A stretch of 43,821 nt of DNA from Candidatus Micrarchaeaceae archaeon (GCA_038873795.1 JAVZDR010000002.1:1-43821); one strand, 5' to 3'; positions 8,736 to 18,617 are shown, counted from the first letter of the stretch. A program made the numbers and translations. The notes: generated by a model from the letters alone, not told the origin.

Positions 8736-8764
8736 AAGCCCAGCCTTTAGCCGAGGAGGGTCAC
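8736..8764 (+). mobile_element. Possible decayed IS200/IS605-family right end
   Basis: AAGCCCAGCCTTTAGCCGAGGAGGGTCAC resembles the archaeal IS605-type end pattern (AAGCCCCGCCCTTTAGGGCGGGGAGGA..TCAC, recalled from memory); no transposase nearby. Confidence 0.3.
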
Positions 8765-9243
8765 GTCGAAACCCTCACACGTATCTTGCCGAACATTATG
8801 TTTGGAAAGCCGGTGAGTGTATTTGTATAATTTAGGAGTATGCTTCCAGTGAATATGCTGCCTACCGGCAGCGATACTGGATTCCCATACTGGTCATAGC
8901 ATTCTACGTTAAACGTATGCGAAGACCCTATTGGCATAGCTATTTGGTTTGATGTGGGAGTGAAAATAGTGCCCATTTTTATGGATGTGGAATTTTCAGT
9001 GCAGCCTATTGCAGTCACGTTTATAGGCTGTGAGGTTACTTGCTCTATGCTTATCGTAAGCAGGCCATTCGATGCCATATAGTAATTCGTGCAGCTAAAT
9101 CCTGCCTCAAGCAGGCATTCTTGGCCAGCGTAGGCATTTGGGTTGAAAAGCCCAAGCGCGAACATTGCAGCAAGCACTGTAGCTACTATAAGAAACATCC
9201 AGCCATAGGTCATCAGATATTCGACTGCGCTCTGCGTTTTCAT
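8761..9243 (-). CDS. Type IV pilin-like protein with class III signal peptide
   Basis: MKT-QSAVEYLMTYGWMFLIV...GLFNP; four Cys; paralog of 4061-4792. Confidence 0.85.
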   Translation of the reverse strand: MKTQSAVEYLMTYGWMFLIVATVLAAMFALGLFNPNAYAGQECLLEAGFSCTNYYMASNGLLTISIEQVTSQPINVTAIGCTENSTSIKMGTIFTPTSNQIAMPIGSSHTFNVECYDQYGNPVSLPVGSIFTGSILLNYTNTLTGFPNIMFGKIRVRVST

Positions 9244-9408
9244 CCTTATCTCTTACCCTATTGTTGCGCAAATAATTTATGCCTTGTGGAAAGAAAAATC
9301 AATATGCTGCTCTCTACCAATCAGCGCAAATATGGCGAAACAGAAAAAGATATAAGCGCTGTAACAAATATACTGAAATAGCAGGCGGGCTAAAAACCAT
9401 TGATCTCT

Positions 9409-10083
9409 ATGGGAAAAACAAATATATTTGGCGTAGAGACCATCTTTCCAGGGGTCTTCAAGCTGGGTAACAGGCTTGCTACTAAAAACAAGGTTCCAGG
9501 GCACAGCACGTACGGTGAGAAGCTTGAAAATGTGGGTGGCGTTGAATATAGATACTGGAACCCATACAGGAGTAAACTGGCCGCTGCAATACTGAAGGGG
9601 CTAAAAGAATTCCACATATCGCATAATTCCAGCGTGCTTTACCTTGGCGCCGCAACTGGGACAACATGCAGCCATATCAGTGATATAGCGTGCGATGGAG
9701 TGATCTATTGCGTGGAAATATCTGAGCAAAGTATGCAAAAGCTTCTCAGGGAATGCGAAATACGCAACAATATGCTACCCTACCTGAGGGATGCAAGAAA
9801 TGTGGAAACATACGCCAATGAGATTGAGAATGTGGATATAATCTATCAGGATGTCTCAGCAAGAGACCAGGCGGAGATACTAATAAGGAACAGCCAGCTC
9901 TTGAATGATAATGGTTATGCGTATGTTGCGATAAAATCGCAGAGCATAGATGTGGGTAAGTCGCCGCAGCAGATCTATAAGGAATTCCTTGAAAAAGCTA
10001 GCAGCGTATTTAAGGTTATAGAAACGATAGACATAATGCCTTATGATAAGTCGCACCTGTTTGCTGTAATGAAGAAACCATGA
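9409..10083 (+). CDS. flpA: Fibrillarin-like rRNA/tRNA 2'-O-methyltransferase
   Basis: YGEKL, EYR.WNPYRSKLAAA, VLYLGAATGTT.SH.SD, YQDV. Confidence 0.96.
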   Translation: MGKTNIFGVETIFPGVFKLGNRLATKNKVPGHSTYGEKLENVGGVEYRYWNPYRSKLAAAILKGLKEFHISHNSSVLYLGAATGTTCSHISDIACDGVIYCVEISEQSMQKLLRECEIRNNMLPYLRDARNVETYANEIENVDIIYQDVSARDQAEILIRNSQLLNDNGYAYVAIKSQSIDVGKSPQQIYKEFLEKASSVFKVIETIDIMPYDKSHLFAVMKKP

Positions 10084-10084
10084 A

Positions 10085-10882
10085 GTGATTGAATTGAAAA
10101 TCGAAGTTAAGAAAGCCCTAAGACTCCTTGGCTCGCAGCAGAAGGCATCGCTTGTCTGCCCATACTGCGGAAGCGAGGTACAATCATATACTGAGGGCGT
10201 GGCCATCTGCAACCTTTGCGAGATGCCGGTCGGCACCGGCAGTACAGCACCTCTAGACAACCCCCAGCTTAAAGAGATATTGGTGGCTAGGGCCAGCGCA
10301 ATTTTTAGTGGCCAGTGGGAAACCGCCCTGGAGATTTCAAGTCAGCTCGAAGGGCACAGCGAACTTCCTATATTATATGGAAATGCAATATTCTACGCAT
10401 GCTACTCAGAATACCTGTACAACAAGACCAATTATACGCTTGGCGGATTCATGGAGGAAAATGCCGCAAACAAGGAGCTCTCAAATGCTATGTATATGAA
10501 GTCTAAGGATTTCCTCTTCAAGGCATTGAACAGGCTGAATGCCAAGGCTGGCCAGCTGGCAGGCGATGAACTGTATATGAACGCCCTGATAAGCATAAAA
10601 CTCGGAAAGAGAGCTATTGCAGCAAGGGAGATAGACGAGCTCTCCAAGCTTAATTATGCGCAGATAGCAATAGACTACCTGAAGCTGCTACTTTCGATGA
10701 GCAGCAACAACATAAGAGAATCAGAAATCCTGATCAACAAGCTTATAAATGCAGGGGAAACAAACTCCATTTATCTCGCGTCAAAGCTGCTTTCAGGCAA
10801 TGATCCAAAATCTGCAAAGCTCCTCTATGGCACGCTAACAAAGAAGATACTGCCATTTTCGCTCCGGCCAAAACCGTTTTAA
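10085..10882 (+). CDS. Hypothetical protein: N-terminal Zn ribbon plus helical (TPR-like) region
   Basis: CPYC...CNLC, then an all-helical Ala/Leu-rich region; true start may be TTG 10094. Confidence 0.7.
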   Translation: MIELKIEVKKALRLLGSQQKASLVCPYCGSEVQSYTEGVAICNLCEMPVGTGSTAPLDNPQLKEILVARASAIFSGQWETALEISSQLEGHSELPILYGNAIFYACYSEYLYNKTNYTLGGFMEENAANKELSNAMYMKSKDFLFKALNRLNAKAGQLAGDELYMNALISIKLGKRAIAAREIDELSKLNYAQIAIDYLKLLLSMSSNNIRESEILINKLINAGETNSIYLASKLLSGNDPKSAKLLYGTLTKKILPFSLRPKPF

Positions 10883-10883
10883 A

Positions 10884-11312
10884 CTATACATCAATTACGA
10901 CCCTTGCGCGCCATTTGCCATTCTCCCTCCATACCTTGAGCATATGCATTGTCACAGCCTTGACATCAACAGCGAGCTTCTGCCTTTCAGCATCTAGTTT
11001 TTCCCCATATGCCGTGCAACGTAGCTTGTAGCCCCTGCCTTCACTTATCTTCACATCAAACCTGCCGAATAAAATCTTTTTTGAATCCTTATATAAGATG
11101 ATCCTGTTCAGAAAAAGGAAAAGGAGCATTTCGAGGCTTTTGGAGGCTACTCCAAACCGCAGGGTCTCTGTATGCCCTATGCGATTTGGATCATCTATCA
11201 TTGCGCTAGTGAGCGCCTCTGCAGCGCTGCTGAATAGATCATCAATGGTGGCGCCGTCAGCCTCGAATGCTAGGTCAGCGATTGCAATGTCATCAATGAA
11301 CCTATAACTCAT
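10884..11312 (-). CDS. Archease
   Basis: IADLAFEA.G...LF, YGE, DVKAVTMH, VVIDV; directly after rtcB. Confidence 0.95.
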   Translation of the reverse strand: MSYRFIDDIAIADLAFEADGATIDDLFSSAAEALTSAMIDDPNRIGHTETLRFGVASKSLEMLLFLFLNRIILYKDSKKILFGRFDVKISEGRGYKLRCTAYGEKLDAERQKLAVDVKAVTMHMLKVWRENGKWRARVVIDV

Positions 11313-11313
11313 C

Positions 11314-12804
11314 TCAACCCTTTACATTAGCAATAGGCCTGAGCCTGAGTACCTTTTTGCTTATTCCGGCCAAGTCCATTGCTTCTACAACATCGTTTAT
11401 GTCCTTGTATGAAAAGCCTGCCTCCTCCGCAAGCCCAGCCATGGTTGTAGCCCTTACATATATGCCTTCCTTGAGCATCTTTTCTCTCAGATCCTCGCCC
11501 CTTATCATTTTCTTCGCCTTCGATCTGCTCATTGTCCTGCCGCTTCCATGAAGAGTTGTGCCGAAGGTTTTCTCTTCCGCGGTTTTTGTGCCAACGCAGA
11601 GGAAGGATCCAGTCTCCATGCTTCCTCCGACTATTACAGGTTGCCCTGTAGATTTGAAAATGCCAATAAGTTCACTGTTGCCTGGGCCAAAGCTTCTTGT
11701 TGCACCCTTCCTATGTACAATTATATCTTTCAGCCTTCCATCTATAGTATGTTTTTCTAAATTGGCTGTATTGTGCGCTACATCGTAGACTATCTCCATA
11801 CCAAGTGCATCCGCGCTCTTTCCAAACACCTTCTCGAATGTGTTCCTTATCTGGTATGTTATGAGCTGCCTGTTGAGGTATGCAAAATTTATTGCCGCAG
11901 ACATAGCACCTATGTAGTCGCGACCTTCATTCGAATTAATTGGTGCATATGCCAGCTGCCTGTCTATGAGCTTTATTCCGTTTTTATCTGCGCTGCTCGC
12001 GAATTTCACAAGGTAATCTGTGCAGATCTGATGCCCGAAACCCCTAGAACCGGTATGCACCATTATGCATACCTGCCCATCGAGAGTGCCAAGCCCCCAT
12101 TTCTTAGCCACATCCTCATCGAAGACCTTGTCTATCGTCTGTATTTCCAGATAGTGGTTTCCTGAGCCTAGAGTTCCAAGCTGTTTTTTGCCCCTGTTGA
12201 ACGCAGCCCTGCTTATCTTCGAAGTGTCGGCATTCTCTACATGCCCATACCTTTCTATCTTGCCTTTGTCAGAGTCAAACCCATAGCCATTGCTTATGGC
12301 CCAGTCCACTCCTTCGTCAACAGCCTCCTTGAATCTGCTCTCAGAGAGCCTAGAGAGCTCTTTAGGCTCTTGGTATGACGTTGCCCCAACACCAGCCGGG
12401 ACAGTCTTGAAAAGCATGTCTGTCAGCTCTCTTATCTTGGGCTTAATCTCGTCAACTGTAATGTTAGTTTTGATAAGGCGCATTCCGCATCCTATATCAA
12501 ACCCTATGGCGCCGGGGGATATTATCCCGCTATCTGCATCGAATGCTCCGCTCCATCCAACCGGCACCCCGTAGCCAGAATGCCCGTCGCTGAATACATA
12601 AGAATAATTGATCAGCCCAGGAAGCATCGCGGCATTGCTTGCCTGATCGAAAACCTCAAGATCCATCTGGCTCAACAGCTTTTCAGTGGCGAAGATCTTC
12701 ACAGGCACATTCATACCTTCCTTAAACTCTGTTGGTATTTCCCACTCCACGTCTGATATCTTCCTGAAAGCTGGCTTCTTGAATTCAATATTTTTGAAAG
12801 ACAT
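11314..12804 (-). CDS. rtcB: RNA-splicing ligase RtcB
   Basis: DGHSGYG, GFDIGCG, GSGNHYLE, HTGSRG, HN, HRKGAT, HGSGR, YKD. Confidence 0.97.
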   Translation of the reverse strand: MSFKNIEFKKPAFRKISDVEWEIPTEFKEGMNVPVKIFATEKLLSQMDLEVFDQASNAAMLPGLINYSYVFSDGHSGYGVPVGWSGAFDADSGIISPGAIGFDIGCGMRLIKTNITVDEIKPKIRELTDMLFKTVPAGVGATSYQEPKELSRLSESRFKEAVDEGVDWAISNGYGFDSDKGKIERYGHVENADTSKISRAAFNRGKKQLGTLGSGNHYLEIQTIDKVFDEDVAKKWGLGTLDGQVCIMVHTGSRGFGHQICTDYLVKFASSADKNGIKLIDRQLAYAPINSNEGRDYIGAMSAAINFAYLNRQLITYQIRNTFEKVFGKSADALGMEIVYDVAHNTANLEKHTIDGRLKDIIVHRKGATRSFGPGNSELIGIFKSTGQPVIVGGSMETGSFLCVGTKTAEEKTFGTTLHGSGRTMSRSKAKKMIRGEDLREKMLKEGIYVRATTMAGLAEEAGFSYKDINDVVEAMDLAGISKKVLRLRPIANVKG

Positions 12805-12829
12805 ATAATCACAATATTATGCCACGCAA

Positions 12830-13264
12830 CTAATATAACTTCTTTTCTAGAAGCAGCCTCTCGCGCTCCTTCATCATGCACCTGTTCTCAATGAAAATGA
12901 TACCGTTTTCACTTGCATAGCGCTCGGCGTCGTCGCTGAATATGCCTTCCTGAAGCCACAGGGCCTTTGCACCAATCTTAACCGTGTCTTTGGCTATGGC
13001 CAATGCCTCGCTGCCTGGCCTAAATACGTCCACCACTTCAATCCTTATGCTGCTGGGTATCTCGAGCAGCGACTTGTATGACTTTTCGCCAAGTATTTCA
13101 TCCGCAAACGGGTTCACAGGCACTATGGTATAGCCTGCATTCTTGAGGTATGCCGGTACATCATGGCTGGGCTTGCCTTCCTGCCTTGAGCATCCAACAA
13201 CCGCAATCCTCTTGAAGTTGCGCAGAACATAAATTGCCGCTTCCTCCTTCGAATCATAAACCAG
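12830..13264 (-). CDS. CoA-binding (YccU-like) protein; probable CTG start
   Basis: In-frame N-terminus RIAVVGCSRQEGKPSHDVPAYLKNAGYTIVPVNP lies upstream of track start 13123; VDVFRP, WLQEG, NRC. Confidence 0.9.
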   Translation of the reverse strand: MVYDSKEEAAIYVLRNFKRIAVVGCSRQEGKPSHDVPAYLKNAGYTIVPVNPFADEILGEKSYKSLLEIPSSIRIEVVDVFRPGSEALAIAKDTVKIGAKALWLQEGIFSDDAERYASENGIIFIENRCMMKERERLLLEKKLY

Positions 13265-13323
13265 CTTACCACCTATCTTATTAATACAATAATATTATAT
13301 CTGTTTTCTTAAAAATATAAACT

Positions 13324-13701
13324 ATGCACAAGGGAAGTGTAATCATATTAGACACAAGTGCGATGGTATTCAGCATGCGCAACAGAATAGATATATTTGA
13401 TGTTGCAAGAGAGAGATTTCCTGGGCATGCTATCCTAATATCTGAGGGCATAATAAAGGAACTTGAGAGATTTTCCAGAAGCAAGCAGCGCATAGGCAAA
13501 TATGCAAAGCTGCTTCTTATGAACATTCGGAGAAGCAATATAAAAATTGACAAAGACAACGGCTACGTCGATTCTTGGATACTTAAGGCAGCATCAGAAT
13601 CGCAGGGCATAGTATGCACAAACGACATCGCACTTAAAAGAAAGCTTGAAGCAAATGGCATAAAGGTGTTCAGCATAAGCAGGAAAGGACTGCTGCGATG
13701 A
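13324..13701 (+). CDS. PIN-domain ribonuclease (Fcf1/Utp24-like)
   Basis: ILDTS, EL, VD..IL, VCTND..LKRK; usual position before rpoE1. Confidence 0.85.
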   Translation: MHKGSVIILDTSAMVFSMRNRIDIFDVARERFPGHAILISEGIIKELERFSRSKQRIGKYAKLLLMNIRRSNIKIDKDNGYVDSWILKAASESQGIVCTNDIALKRKLEANGIKVFSISRKGLLR

Positions 13702-13824
13702 AAAACTTCTACACATGCCAAACTCCACCTTTCAACGTACCCCAACACTTCAATATACTTTATATATTTTTTGATATGTTTATATATAGCGCCTTGCTAT
13801 TTATAGACAGATATTGGTGACACT

Positions 13825-14397
13825 TTGTATTATATATATACAGTAAAAGACACTATAAGGATAACCCCAGAATACTTCAATGAAGACCCTATAAAGGCTG
13901 CAACAGAGATCCTGCAGAAAAAGTACGAACGCGTACTTGACAAGGATCTGGGCGTATTGCTTGCGGTCTATAATGTGAGGGACATAAGCGAGGGGGAGAT
14001 ACTGCCTGAAGACCCCGCAATATACCATACGGTTACTTTCGATGTGCTTACCTTTAACCTTGAAATAGAAGAGGTTGTTGTAGGCGAGGTTTCAGAGCTT
14101 GCGGAATTCGGTTGCTTTGTCAGAATAGGTCCTATGGATGGGCTTGTGCACATCTCCCAAATAGCAGACGAGTTCATGACTTTTGACAGAAAGGCAAACA
14201 TGTTCATATCAAAAAGCACAAAGCGGATGCTAAAGAAAGGAGACATTGTCTACGCCAAGGTTTCAACGATAAGCATGAAAAACAACATAAAGGAATCGAA
14301 GATAGCCCTCACAATGAGGCCTGAGGGATTGGGCAAACCAGAATGGCAGTTCGAGAAGAAAGAAACGCAAAAGAAGCAGGGGCAAAAGAGGCGATAA
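13825..14397 (+). CDS. rpoE1: RNA polymerase subunit E' (Rpo7)
   Basis: EFGCFVRIGPMDGLVHISQI (S1 domain), LTMRPEGLGK.EW; TTG start with GGTGA-4nt SD. Confidence 0.96.
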   Translation: MYYIYTVKDTIRITPEYFNEDPIKAATEILQKKYERVLDKDLGVLLAVYNVRDISEGEILPEDPAIYHTVTFDVLTFNLEIEEVVVGEVSELAEFGCFVRIGPMDGLVHISQIADEFMTFDRKANMFISKSTKRMLKKGDIVYAKVSTISMKNNIKESKIALTMRPEGLGKPEWQFEKKETQKKQGQKRR

Positions 14398-14398
14398 T

Positions 14399-14587
14399 AT
14401 GGAAAAGGCCTGTAAAAAATGTCGGCTCATAATAGCTCAGGGCACAGCCTGCCCTATATGCGGCTCAACCGACCTCACCACGAAGTGGCACGGCTACATA
14501 ATGATACTTAATGCTGAGAAATCAGTGCTTGCCAAGAAGTTTGGCATAAATATCAACGGCACTTATGCACTGAGCATTTCAGAATAG
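14399..14587 (+). CDS. spt4: Transcription elongation factor Spt4 (RpoE'')
   Basis: KACKKC...CPICGS...W.G...S.LAK...GTYAL. Confidence 0.95.
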   Translation: MEKACKKCRLIIAQGTACPICGSTDLTTKWHGYIMILNAEKSVLAKKFGININGTYALSISE

Positions 14588-14589
14588 CA

Positions 14590-15282
14590 CTATCTCTTTT
14601 CAATCTCGTTTCTGAGATGCTCTTCCTCAACGACTACCCTGTTTATCTTCCCGAAGTATTTCAGCAGGTCACTTACAAGGCTCTCTTTGCCCATAAAGTA
14701 GTTTGCGTCGAACTTATTTAACCCTGATCTTACTGAGATTCTTGCGGAATCCCCGCTTATAGATACTGCAGGCTGTTTTATACCATGGTATTCAGCCAGC
14801 GCCCTCACCTTATCCTCGTCAGTCTCCTCCCTTTCTACTATTTTTACTTCATAAATCATTTTTTCGCCAGCGAACCTGTGGTTTGCGTCTATCACTACCC
14901 TCCCTGAGTTTATCGATTTTACAGTAGCCATCACACCGTCAACGTCAAGGACCATCCCAACATATGGGTTTATGCCCCTGCGCTTCAGATCTGACATGGG
15001 CAGGACTCTCACCAAGTCTGGGTTTCTTTCACCGAATGCATCTTTTGGTTCAAGCTCTATCTTTTTGGTCTGGCCTACGTCCATATCGCGCATAGCCGCG
15101 TCAACTCCCCTTACCACCATGCCCTTCCCAACAACCACAAGATGCGGCCCATATGTCATATTTTCGTCAAATATGCCCGCCCTTTTGGCTTCATCAGCAT
15201 CTGTTGTGTAGACCATCGCATTGTCTGCAGCCCTCCAGACTTTGTATTCGACTTTTACAAAATCTCCTTCATTTAAAGTCAC
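14590..15282 (-). CDS. Long-type FKBP peptidyl-prolyl isomerase (SlyD-like)
   Basis: GDFVKVEY, P..AFGER, GRVVIDANHRFAG; archaeal C-terminal extension. Confidence 0.92.
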   Translation of the reverse strand: MTLNEGDFVKVEYKVWRAADNAMVYTTDADEAKRAGIFDENMTYGPHLVVVGKGMVVRGVDAAMRDMDVGQTKKIELEPKDAFGERNPDLVRVLPMSDLKRRGINPYVGMVLDVDGVMATVKSINSGRVVIDANHRFAGEKMIYEVKIVEREETDEDKVRALAEYHGIKQPAVSISGDSARISVRSGLNKFDANYFMGKESLVSDLLKYFGKINRVVVEEEHLRNEIEKR

Positions 15283-15503
15283 TCAACCACCTAACATCAT
15301 TTCAAATGCACCAATTGCAACTTATCTAACCCAGCGAGAATCCACGAAGTTATCTATTGGATTAGCGAGCAGATGGGCAGAAGATTTTTGTAAACACATA
15401 TATAAATTCCTTTTCGTTTAAAATAAATTATTAACTCAGCGGCTAAACAGGAATTAATTTGAAGGGCGCCGTGTGCTTTCTATCAATGCTGGCAATCTAA
15501 AAG

Positions 15504-16124
15504 GTGCATGATGCGAACAGATCTGAACTCTTTAAGTTCCTCGGATCGCTATTCGTGGTAGTGATTTTTATAGTGTCATATGCTTCATTTTCTTTCCAAG
15601 GCAGCAACACAACTTCCACGCTTACTACTACAGTCGAGGTATTTTACCCGTTAGGCTATGCAACTGTGAATGTTACCCCAGTTGTGTACCAATCATCATT
15701 TTCCCTAAAGGAATTATGCAATTCAGGTTATGTAACAAACACTCTGAATGAAACGCTTATCTCGATGGAAAAGAATGGGAGCGTAAGTGCGTTTTACCAG
15801 GCGATCAATGGCACAATAAACGTGCAGAGTGGCACTCTTCAGCCTGGTGATATATATGCTATCATCGAATCCAAGCTCAATTCGACAGAAGGCAGTTGCG
15901 TACAGTTTTCAGGCGGTGCGTCCGTTAAGCTTCCGCAAAGCGCTTATTTCTCAGTGCAAGGCCAAAATATCCGCATACCATTAGGTAGCCTAAGCCTGCA
16001 AAGCATGCAAATCACATACTCTGGTAGGCAGCCCACAATAGTCACTGCGATGATAAGGGCTCTTATTGCGCCCAACTACACCATATACGGAAATATGACA
16101 TTAACGCAGTTGTCGGTGCATTGA
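15504..16124 (+). CDS. Membrane-anchored hypothetical protein
   Basis: N-terminal TM helix; S/T/N-rich ectodomain with sequons. Confidence 0.7.
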   Translation: MHDANRSELFKFLGSLFVVVIFIVSYASFSFQGSNTTSTLTTTVEVFYPLGYATVNVTPVVYQSSFSLKELCNSGYVTNTLNETLISMEKNGSVSAFYQAINGTINVQSGTLQPGDIYAIIESKLNSTEGSCVQFSGGASVKLPQSAYFSVQGQNIRIPLGSLSLQSMQITYSGRQPTIVTAMIRALIAPNYTIYGNMTLTQLSVH

Positions 16125-17836
16125 TGGATAAGAAGACAAAGGAGATAATAAGAAAATATGCAATCAAGAATGCTATAGAATATGGCAAAGCGAGCACAAG
16201 CGCTGTTCTGAACAAAGTAATCTCTGTGATGCCTGAGCTTAAATCTGATATAAAGACGCTGGCAAAGGATGTGGAAAGCGTAGTGCGTGAAGTCAATCTG
16301 CTAAGCAGCGAAGAAATAAAAGATGAATTCAATGCAAATCTGGAGGAGTTCAATGCGGCGAGGAGGGAAAAGGTAGAAAAAACAGCCAGACCACGCATGG
16401 TGCTTGATGGCGCAACCGAGGGAAACTTTGCCACACGGTTTCCTCCAGAGCCCAACGGATATATGCACATAGGTCATGCCAAAGCCGTATTCCTTGAGGA
16501 GGCATTCAAAGAGATCTACAAAGGCAAGTTATTCTTGTATTTCGATGATACAAATCCAGAAACCGAAAGGCAGGAGTATGTAGATGCAATAAAGTATGAC
16601 CTTTCCTGGCTTGGGATCAAATTCGACAAGGAGTATTACGCGAGTGACAGCATAGAAATAATGTATAAATATGCGGAAGAGATGATAAGAAAAGGTGGGG
16701 CATACGTTTGCACATGCAGTGGCGAACAGATAAAGGCAGACAGGAAGGCGGGTAGACCTTGTGTGCATAAGTCGAATACAAAGGCTGAGAATTTGCAGAT
16801 GTGGTCAGAGATGCTTTCTGGAAGGCTGGACGAAGATGCAGCGGTGCTAAGATTCAATGGCGATATGAAATCGCAGAATACGGCCATGCGCGATTTGGTT
16901 TTGTTCAGGATAAAGAAAAGCAGGCATTATAAGCAGGCAGACAAGTATTTCGTATGGCCCACATATAGCTTCAATACGCCAATAATGGACTCTATAAACG
17001 GGGTCACTGATGTAATAAGGAGCAAGGAGTACGAGCTAAGGGACGAATTGTATTATAGCATATTGGACATTCTTGGACTGGAAAAGCCAAGGGTACACAG
17101 CATGGCAAGGCTCGAAATCTTTGGCAACATAACATCTAAGAGGAAGCTAAACCAGCTAATAAAAAGCGGCGTCATAGCTGGCTATGACGATCCCCGGCTC
17201 ATCACAATAGCTGGGCTAAGGCGGAGAGGCATAACCCCAAGCGCAATAAAAAAATTTGTCCTTAGATTCGGAATGAGCAAGACTGACAGCAAGGTTGGCA
17301 TAGACATGCTCCTTGCCGAGAACAGAAAGGTAATAGATAGCACTTCGAAAAGGCTCTTCGCTGTGGAGGATTGGAGGGTTTTGAGGATCGAAGAGACTCA
17401 TCCTGAAGATGTAAAACTCAAAATGCACCCCACTCTTGATCTGGGCTACAGGGAGTATAAAGTCGGTAACACCTTGTATATAGATGGGCGCGACGCGGAG
17501 AAACTCAGCCCAGGAGATCTGATAAGGCTGAAAGATCTTTATGATGTCTCCATCCTCTCTACAGGAAGCGAGATAAGGGCGAGGCGTGTAGAATCTCACA
17601 AAAATCTGCCTAAAATACAGTGGGTGGATGCACAAAAAAATGTAGAGTGCAAGCTCATTAGAATATCTCCGCCAATGCTGCAGAATGGCGAATTCAATGA
17701 AAAAAGCCTCGTGGAAACGAAAGCATATGCAGAAGAATATGTAAAGAATGTAAAAGAAAACGAAATAGTGCAGTTTGAACGCATAGGTTTTTTCAAGCTT
17801 GATAACAAATCAGAGATGTCATTTTTAAGTTTGTAG
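16124..17836 (+). CDS. gltX: Glutamate--tRNA ligase (archaeal type)
   Basis: RFPPEPNGYMHIGH, DDTNP, SKRK, DDPRL.TI, QFERIGF. Confidence 0.97.
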   Translation: MDKKTKEIIRKYAIKNAIEYGKASTSAVLNKVISVMPELKSDIKTLAKDVESVVREVNLLSSEEIKDEFNANLEEFNAARREKVEKTARPRMVLDGATEGNFATRFPPEPNGYMHIGHAKAVFLEEAFKEIYKGKLFLYFDDTNPETERQEYVDAIKYDLSWLGIKFDKEYYASDSIEIMYKYAEEMIRKGGAYVCTCSGEQIKADRKAGRPCVHKSNTKAENLQMWSEMLSGRLDEDAAVLRFNGDMKSQNTAMRDLVLFRIKKSRHYKQADKYFVWPTYSFNTPIMDSINGVTDVIRSKEYELRDELYYSILDILGLEKPRVHSMARLEIFGNITSKRKLNQLIKSGVIAGYDDPRLITIAGLRRRGITPSAIKKFVLRFGMSKTDSKVGIDMLLAENRKVIDSTSKRLFAVEDWRVLRIEETHPEDVKLKMHPTLDLGYREYKVGNTLYIDGRDAEKLSPGDLIRLKDLYDVSILSTGSEIRARRVESHKNLPKIQWVDAQKNVECKLIRISPPMLQNGEFNEKSLVETKAYAEEYVKNVKENEIVQFERIGFFKLDNKSEMSFLSL

Positions 17837-17837
17837 C

Positions 17838-18617
17838 GTGCATGCAATGGAGATAAGGGTAATAGCAAAGCGAAAATACCCAGAGCTGAAGAAGCTCTAT
17901 GAATCGTTTGATGTATCAAGCAAAGCAGAGATATGCCTTGCAGTCGGTGGAGATGGCACATTTATAAAGGCTGCAAAGGTGCACGATGGCCCCATACTCC
18001 CAATAAGTGGGATGGATCCAATGAGCGTCAGCTATTATTCGGATTTAAGTGTTAACGATATAGATTTTATTATAGAAAGCCTAAAAGGCAGGCGCTACAG
18101 GGTAGAAAGCATATCAAGAAAACTTGAAATAGTCTATAACAAGAGGAAATACTACGCTGTAAATGAGGCGCTGCTGCACAATATAAGGGAATCGATCAGG
18201 TTTACCATATACCTGGTCGAGAGAGGCCAAAGATACAAGATATATCCATATGTGATAGTAGGAGATGGAATAATAATATCTAATCTAGTAGGCTCTACAG
18301 CCTACAACAGGGTAGCAGGCGGTCCGATACTGCTCAATAAGGATGACATAAGCATAACATTCGTGAATACTGACGGACCATATAGGAACCCGATTGTGAT
18401 GGATGGCGATGCAAAGATAGAAATCGACCTATTGCGTTATACTGGAATGCTAAGATACGATGGCATAGATATAGGCATGCTTCGGCCCGGCGGAAAATTT
18501 ACTGTCAGCCTTTCGAATAAGAGCATAGATATAATAAAGTTTCCAAACAGATATGAAAAATTCGATGACAAACTCGAGAAGATAGTAAAGAGCAGACTCG
18601 TGAAAGAATTAGGGTGA
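17838..18617 (+). CDS. nadK: NAD(+) kinase family protein
   Basis: GGDGT, NE, GDG...GSTAY...GGP; start may be ATG 17847. Confidence 0.88.
   Translation: MHAMEIRVIAKRKYPELKKLYESFDVSSKAEICLAVGGDGTFIKAAKVHDGPILPISGMDPMSVSYYSDLSVNDIDFIIESLKGRRYRVESISRKLEIVYNKRKYYAVNEALLHNIRESIRFTIYLVERGQRYKIYPYVIVGDGIIISNLVGSTAYNRVAGGPILLNKDDISITFVNTDGPYRNPIVMDGDAKIEIDLLRYTGMLRYDGIDIGMLRPGGKFTVSLSNKSIDIIKFPNRYEKFDDKLEKIVKSRLVKELG

Noticed and set aside
8581..8835. 84-aa plus-strand ORF as a possible transposase fragment
   Set aside because: No TnpA HUH or TnpB RuvC/Zn-finger motifs; overlaps the pilin gene
9279..9470. 63-aa plus-strand ORF upstream of fibrillarin
   Set aside because: Overlaps flpA out of frame, has no SD and no recognisable motif (not Nop10-like)
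11314..12804. Intein or intron in rtcB
   Set aside because: 496 aa with contiguous motifs and no insertion
15504..15515. Possible GCG start at 15513 for the membrane protein
   Set aside because: Does not fit the 4-nt SD spacing, and an in-frame GTG is available at 15504
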